This document shows, piece after piece, positions 14,001-20,400 of a DNA stretch of 64,000 bases (the stretch's first letter is position 1; the number at the start of each line of letters is the position of its first letter). Made by a program: the position numbers and the translations under genes. The stretch lies in assembly GCA_026936335.1 (NCBI GenBank), contig JAPMXV010000070.1, positions 186,001-250,000 on the forward strand, written 5' to 3'. The notes under the pieces are model-generated. The model ran no database searches and had not been told where the DNA came from. It was given only the letters and a program-made list of their open reading frames with translations. This DNA is from Mantamonas sphyraenae STR306. Lineage: Eukaryota; Protista; CRuMs.

Positions 14001-14820
14001 GTGGACACCGAGGATGGGGTGCGTGGAAGACTGGTGAAAGGAGACAGCTGCGGGGGCAGGGAGAGGAGGAGGAGGAGGTGGTGGTGGTTGTGGTGGCCCA
14101 GTTTGACGCAGCCATTGTGGAGGAATGGGTGGAAGCGACGGTGCCAGAGATGAGCGAGGTGGGAGCCTGCAAGCTGCAGCTGAGCTTCAACGGAGGGGTG
14201 GACTGGAGTGCCAGCAGCCTGGACTGGCTGGTGTATGGTGAGGACGACAGCTTGGAACTGGACCCACCACATACGATGCCCGAGGCACAGGAGAAGCTGT
14301 GCATCCGGGGCTCGCAGCTGGTGGACGTCGGAGAAAAGGTGATGGTGCGGTTCAAGGGCAAGTACACGGCCAAGGCGGAAGGGACGCTGGTGGAGGGTGG
14401 AGGCGCAGTGGAGTGCACAGTGCCAGACACGGGTGGATGGAACGTGGAGTTGCCCTACCAGGTGAATGTGAGTGTGGCACTGAACGGGGTGGATTGGGGC
14501 CAGACCACAGCGGTGTTGACCATGGGGGATCCCACCGAGGTGGTGGTGGAAGAGGAAGAGGAGGAGGAGGAGGAGGAGGATGAGAAGGATGAGAAGGAGG
14601 ACAAGGGAAAGGGCAAGGAGAGTGATGATGACGAGAGCGACGGCAAGGGAAAGGGAAAGGGCAACGACAAGGGCAAGGAGAGTGATGATGACGAAAGCGA
14701 CGGGGAGGGAAAGGACAACAAGGACAAGGAGGGCAAGGGCGAGGGAAAGGACAAAGCCAAGGAGAGCGACGATGAGAGTGACGAGGGCGAGGAGAAGAAA
14801 ACAGGTGATGAAAATGCGAT
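5040..14820 (+). CDS. Giant IPT/TIG-repeat protein (~25 repeats, ~3,100 aa) with N-terminal TM anchor; exon 1 5040-5269, intron 5270-5630, apparent frameshifts near 11930 and 14055
   Basis: Repeating unit P.xGP..G.T.V.I.G..F ... V(A/S)LNGQQ(W/F/Y) counted ~25 times across ORFs 5665-11991, 11961-14153 and 13532-16045. The exon 1/2 junction is phase-compatible (GA|T). The 3' boundary is unclear. Confidence 0.8.
14611..14790 (+). repeat. Coding tandem repeat (KGKESDDDESDG-like, ~60-bp period, 3 copies, third degenerate)
   Basis: gggcaaggagagtgatgatgacga(g/a)agcgacgg at 14611 and 14671, with a degenerate copy near 14760. Confidence 0.8.
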
Positions 14821-14848
14821 GCCCCATGCGACACAATTTTTTGTTCTC

Positions 14849-16045
14849 ATGGCTGCCAACACACAACAGATTGTTGCCGGACTGGTGTGTGTGGCGCTTA
14901 TTGTGGCGTGTTGGGTGTCGATGGGGGAGGTGAGCCAGTACTACGAGCAAAAGTACCAGTTTCGCAGCTACTGGATGCTGACGTACGCCAGCACGGCGAT
15001 GTTTGTGCTGTTGTGGCCGTTGGCTGTGGTGGTGGATTATGTGCAGGTGAAGATGGGATGGAAGAGCGAGGCGGAGGGGGGAGAGGGTCATGCTCACGGG
15101 GTGCCGTACACGTCGCTGACGGATGCTGATGATTCAAAGCAGACAACCATGCGCACAGGTGCACAGGTGGAGTGGAGCCACCGTGCACTGGTGATCAACA
15201 CATGGGAGGCGCTGAAATCACACAGCCAGCTGAGCAACCAACGGCTGCTGCTGCTGCTGACGTTTGGAGGCGCCGTGTGGTTTGTGCTTGGCATCTGGGC
15301 GTGGTACATGAGTTTGAACCTGATGCCCGTGTCATTGAACACAGGCGTGTACCAATCCTTTGTGCTGGTGGTGTTTGTGCTGAGCATTGTGGTGTTGAAG
15401 GAACCGTTCAACCGGGTCAAGGCCGCCTCGGTGGGTGGTTGCATGGTGGGTGTGGCTCTGCTCTCTGCAGGTGGCATCGAAGGCGCCACCGAGTTTACAG
15501 CGGCGCAGATTGTGCTGGGCATTGTGCTGGACATGTTTGCAAGCTGGAACTACGCGGCCTACGAGATCTTCCTCACCAAGTGGCTGGGTCGCATGAGTTT
15601 CAGCCAACTGTGCATGCTCAACGCATGCATTGGGGCAATCACCATCGTCACCATGTGGCCCATGTTTTTCATTCTCGACGCAGCCGGCGTGGAGAAGGCG
15701 GTTTTCCCCACCCTTGGCTGGCAGTGGGACTTCATCAGCCTCCTTGCTCTCTTCCAAGTCGGCTTCCTCCTCAGCTTCTTTGTGGGCATCGAAGTCACCG
15801 GATCCCCTCTCTACGTCACCCTCGGCTCTGTGCTGTCCATCCCCGGCGCTGCCATTGTCGACTCGTTGCGTGGCGAGGCATTCAACACCCTCGAGGTTGT
15901 TGGCTTCATCCTCATTGGCATCTCCTTTGTCGTCATGAACGTCGGCGGCGGGCCTGGCCACGGTGCCGCGTCTGCTGATGGCCTCAACAACGACGACGGA
16001 GCTAGTCAACAACACCCGCGCTCCCCGAGCATTGGGACGATCTGA
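14849..16045 (+). CDS. SLC35F/EamA (DMT superfamily) multi-pass transporter
   Basis: About 10 hydrophobic segments, with motifs WYMSLNLMPVSLNTGVYQS, LSIVVLKEPF and SPLYVTLGSVLSIPGAAIVD. It is in frame with the upstream IPT ORF with no stop between them. Confidence 0.8.
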   Translation: MAANTQQIVAGLVCVALIVACWVSMGEVSQYYEQKYQFRSYWMLTYASTAMFVLLWPLAVVVDYVQVKMGWKSEAEGGEGHAHGVPYTSLTDADDSKQTTMRTGAQVEWSHRALVINTWEALKSHSQLSNQRLLLLLTFGGAVWFVLGIWAWYMSLNLMPVSLNTGVYQSFVLVVFVLSIVVLKEPFNRVKAASVGGCMVGVALLSAGGIEGATEFTAAQIVLGIVLDMFASWNYAAYEIFLTKWLGRMSFSQLCMLNACIGAITIVTMWPMFFILDAAGVEKAVFPTLGWQWDFISLLALFQVGFLLSFFVGIEVTGSPLYVTLGSVLSIPGAAIVDSLRGEAFNTLEVVGFILIGISFVVMNVGGGPGHGAASADGLNNDDGASQQHPRSPSIGTI

Positions 16046-16141
16046 CAAAGACGAAAAATGAACAACAACTCAAGAGGTTTGGGGTCTCCATTTTCTGGCA
16101 TTGTGTGTCTGTGTACGTGCGTGTGTGTTTTCTGTCTGTGC

Positions 16142-16453
16142 TTACTCGCTGGCGTTGGTGGTGGTGGTCTCGGTCTCCTCCGAGCTGTCGGCGTCCTCCG
16201 AATCCTCGGCTGTGATCTCGTCGATGCGGCGCTGGCCGACATGGCTCTTGGTTCCCTGCTTGATCTTCTCCACGTCCTGTTTGTGTGTGTGTGTGTGTGT
16301 GAGTCTCTGTAATTCGGGCCACGAACGAGCTCGTTGTGTGCGGTTTTTCCTTTACCTCGACTGTGGGGATGGCCTTGCCTGCGCCTCCCTTGCCACCCAG
16401 GCCCGAGAAGTGCTCTCCAGAGTCAAAGAATGTGCGCGACTGTGTGGTTTGTG

Positions 16454-16497
<44 letters not shown>

Positions 16498-17201
16498 CTG
16501 TGTGAGAAAACAACCAAAACAAGAACGTCGATTGGCGGGCTTGCCCTCCGGCCAGTGTAATTTCCCCGTCCCGTGTGGCCCCACACACTCACCGTCAGCC
16601 TGTTGGCCAGGTTGTCCTGTGTGCATTGCGTGTGTGTGTGTGTCATGCGCATGTGTGCGTGCCGTGTACATCCCCGTCCATGTCAGCTCCGGGTGACTCA
16701 TTTCTTGTGTTTTCTCCACAGCGTGCTCGGCTCCCGTGGACCCTCCCCCGGCTCCGCCCCTGTGCTTGTTCACTCCAACCCCCAAACAAGGGAAACCCAC
16801 CTGGTAGCGCGGCAGCCCCTGGTAGATGTCCTGAGCGCCATCATTGCTCTGCTTCTTATCCTTATCCTCAGCCTGTGTGATGGCGGGTCGTCATCATCAT
16901 CCCGAGAAGTTAGTTTCCGTTTCTCACTTCGCTCACAGCGCGCCCACCAATTCCCGGGCCTTTTCCCCTGCCTGCTGCGCTGCCTTTGCTGCACCGCTTC
17001 CATGGAGCACACACACGGTCCGCCACACGAGCAGGCATGGGATGCACACAGGGCATCCTGTCGTGCGTCCCTCATGCATCATCTCCCACCGCAAACGCGA
17101 GTGCATTTTTCGCAGGCGCGCGCGCGAATGCTCGAAACCAACTCGCGCGCACACGCCTGCAAACACGCATGCGGCAACCCAATTGCTCTACGCACGTCCA
17201 T
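16142..17201 (-). CDS. ENSA: Endosulfine/ARPP19 (Igo1-like) PP2A-B55 inhibitor, ~106 aa, 5 exons: 17196-17201, 16801-16872, 16593-16616, 16356-16439, 16142-16276
   Basis: Manual splicing with phase-0 GT-AG introns gives MD|AEDKDKKQSNDGAQDIYQGLPRYQ|DNLANRLT|SRTFFDSGEHFSGLGGKGGAGKAIPTVE|DVEKIK...NASE*. It has the FDSG phospho-motif and the IPT..D motif. A branch-like ACTAAC lies before exon 2. Exon 1 is the least certain. Confidence 0.8.
16456..16496. repeat. (GT)n microsatellite in an endosulfine intron
   Basis: About 20 perfect GT units. Confidence 0.95.
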
Positions 17202-17242
17202 TCCTCTCTCTCTCTCCACCTCAGCACCCTTTGGATGTGTGG

Positions 17243-17413
17243 AGTTTCACATACCGAACTCATATTTTTCAGGCTGTTCGGTTCAAAATTGAAACTTTTG
17301 TGTGAGCTGGCGCAACGCGATTGGGCTCGGGAAAACAAAACCTACGTCCTGTGAGGAGTGGTATACACTCAGTGTTGGTTGGTTGGTTGGTTGACGGTTC
17401 TGGTGCCCCGTCC
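17243..17413 (-). ncRNA. Candidate omega-RNA scaffold downstream of the Fanzor-like ORF
   Basis: Complementary arms: 17393-97/17408-12, 17356-60/17366-70, 17304-07/17325-28 (inner 17311-13/17317-19), and nested 7-bp stems 17243-49/17290-96 and 17253-59/17276-82. The position matches TnpB/Fanzor omega-RNAs. Expression is untested. Confidence 0.4.
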
Positions 17414-20400
17414 TCAGCCTGCACTCGAATTCGCCTCCAGGTTCTGTGCCTCGCCGTCCACATTCTCTGGCAGACCAATCTTGCTTCGAAACGTCCTTCC
17501 GATCTGACTCCGTTGCCAAACCTTGGTCATGCACCATATGGTGTGGCCGCGAAGGGCAGCATACACCTTGTTCGCGATCGCCTGCGCACTCGCGAAATCC
17601 CTGTTCCGGTGCATCTCACATCGCTCGCAGTACTTGACACGCGCAGTGCGGTCACTTCCGTGCTTGCTCTTGTGCACACTGCCACATGTGGGACATCTCA
17701 GCGTCGTATTGCACTCGTTCACACGCACAACAATCATGTTGTGCTTGGCCAGCTCCTCCAGTTTCTTCACTCCACCACGGCCGCCCTTGAATCCGTCACC
17801 GATGCACAGCAGTGTGATGCGTCGCAGTTGCCCCTCCTCCATCAGTGTGATGCCTCGCACTTGCCCCTCCTCCAACTCCAACTGCATCTTCTCTGTCGCC
17901 CGCACCTGTGCCAGCCATTGCTCCCTCATCTTTCGGATCCGTCTTTTCTGTTCGCGTCGATCATGCGTCTTGCTGTCGCCCCTCTGGCTGCATCCCTCAT
18001 TGAACTGAGCGGATGACCCTTGTTCAGACTCCAGGATCTTGCCGCTGCACTGACTCTTCACCACCCGTCCAGCCCTGGCTGCGGTGTGCACGTCCACAAA
18101 CAACCCAGATCGTTTGCTTCGCAGTTCCTGCATCTTCTCACGCACTGCCGCCGAGAGCAGAGCGTTGTCGCGCTTGATCCCTGTCCTGCGCTCCATGGCA
18201 CCCAGTGACGGTGGTGAAAAACGCCAGGCGTCTGCAAAGTGAAGCACATTGTGGTTCTCAACGAGCTCCGTGCGTGGGATGTACAGAGCTGAAGGCGCAT
18301 TCGAAATGCCTGGATCCATGGCAAGGAACTGCAAGCGCGCATTTGCCTTCGAGCTCAATGGGATGAGCCTGGAGAACGAGCTCACAACACCGTGTGGTCG
18401 TCTGCTGTGCTCCATGGACTCTGGGCACAGCTTCAGGGCAATGATCTTGTCCGCCGATTGTGGAAGCCACTTGCGGAGCAGCTTATGCACAGCCTCGGTC
18501 TGTGTTTGAGCCGCTCCGTCGCCGTCGGCCTCCTGCGGGGCCTCTTCCTCCTTCCCACGCTCCCGGTGCTGGTGTGCGGCCACGTACATGGCAACCTGGC
18601 ACAGACGGATAGTCACAGCAGCAACACGTTCGATGAGGCGTCGTTGGTTGCCTTGATCCTCAGTGCGTGCGTCTTTGTCGCGGCACCTTGTCGACGTCCC
18701 TTCCAGGGCACCCTTGCCATGAATCGCAAAGTTGTACCTGGGTTTGCTGTGAGACAGAAACGGTGACGATTGTGCACGCTCAGCAAGTGGCGCATCCTCC
18801 AGGAACCCCACATTGCCCTTCAGGAAGCGCAGCAGCTGGGCGTCATCGACTGGTTTCGTGTCTGACAAAGACGTAGCGGTTGGATTGCGGAGCAGATTCA
18901 GACACGCACGCAAAGTAGGGAACAGCGAGAGCCGTTCATCGGGAAGGATGAGATGTTCCAGGTAGTACAACCGGCGTTGGCCAGGCCCTGCCGGCACCTG
19001 CCAATGGCGAACGTGCAGAGCGTGTACCGCAGAGAAGAGGCGGAGGGACAGATGCCCATCGTTGATGAAGGGTGTCTTTGAAATCCTGGGCGCGTGCATA
19101 GGGTCAAGCACGGCGAAAACGTCGAAGGCCGCGAGAAGGAGCGGGTCTGTGTACGTGCCCATGTCCTCCCCTGGGATGATGTTGTGGTCCTCATTGTGCG
19201 TGACAACACGTGCTGTGCCGTTGGCGCACCTGGATGCACACACTTGCATCGCCTTGATGGCGTCGCGCGAGAACAAGCGGCTGCTCCCGTTCTCCTCCCC
19301 GATCTTGACCATGTGCCACGCAAACGAAGCCCTCAGGGCATGCACATGTTGGCCATTTCCAGCCAGCTTTGCCCCCCTCAGCCAGCTGCCCACGGCACAG
19401 TCGCACGGGCCTCCTGCCACGCAATGGGGACACGGAGGTGGAAAGTACTCGCCTTCTGAGGAGCACGCACCTGGACTCGATGTGACCGCACCGCACAGAA
19501 TGGACCACGCAAGCATTGTGTCCTCCTTGTCTTCCCAGCAAACATCCAGCAACCCGTCACAGAGTGCGGAAAGGGCCCATCGTCCAAACAGCAATTCCCG
19601 TTCGACCGCGAGTTGGTGATGAAGAGACTGTTTGACCGGGTACAGCTTGCGTGTGGACTGGCATTCTCTGGCCAGATTGTACGCGCAATCATGAGAGTCG
19701 GCGCCGGAGTCGCTCGGATCGTTGCACATCAGCGCCTTGTACCTGTCCACAGAAAGCCCCACCACTTCGCGCAGCACAGTCGCGACCGCGTGCTCGCATG
19801 CCTTGCTTGTTGGTGTGTCTTGAGCATCAGTGTCCTCTTTGTCATCCACTCCTTTGTGCAGGCGTTTGACAACTGCCAGGACATCACGGCGCTCGACGTC
19901 GCCGTTGCTTGCCACCACCAGGTCGACCAAGTTGTCAACGGCCTGGTTGATCAGCATGACCTTCCAGTTGGTCAGCACGAGTGCAGCTCCCCGCTGGCAA
20001 AGGGCTGTGAAGGCTCCACTGGGGAGACAACGCAGGTCGATGCCGCACCTCGCTTCCTCGGGTGCCAGCTCATCCAGATACTCCGCAACGACTCCACCGC
20101 TCGGTTGTCTGCTCAACACGAGGTCCGCTGTCACAGAGATGTACTTGGGGAACTTGGGGAGCTTCGGGGTTGCCTCGCATGTGATCTCCACCTCAGACGG
20201 CGGCTTCAGGTAGAATCGGCCTACCTTGAGCTGCAAGCAAGCCGACAGCACGTTCTCGAGTTCTTTGCTTGGTTCCAGCAGACCACACTCGAGCAAATCA
20301 CACTGGATGGCAACGATTAGCCCAAAGGCGTGCGCCATCGCATCCAACTCTTCCACGGATCGTGCGTTGATGAGCGCAGCATTTCGCAGTTTCTCGAGGC

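Noticed and set aside
17375-17393. (TTGG)4 as a telomere-like repeat
   Set aside because: It is too short and internal. It is treated as a simple repeat or possible linker in the candidate omega-RNA.
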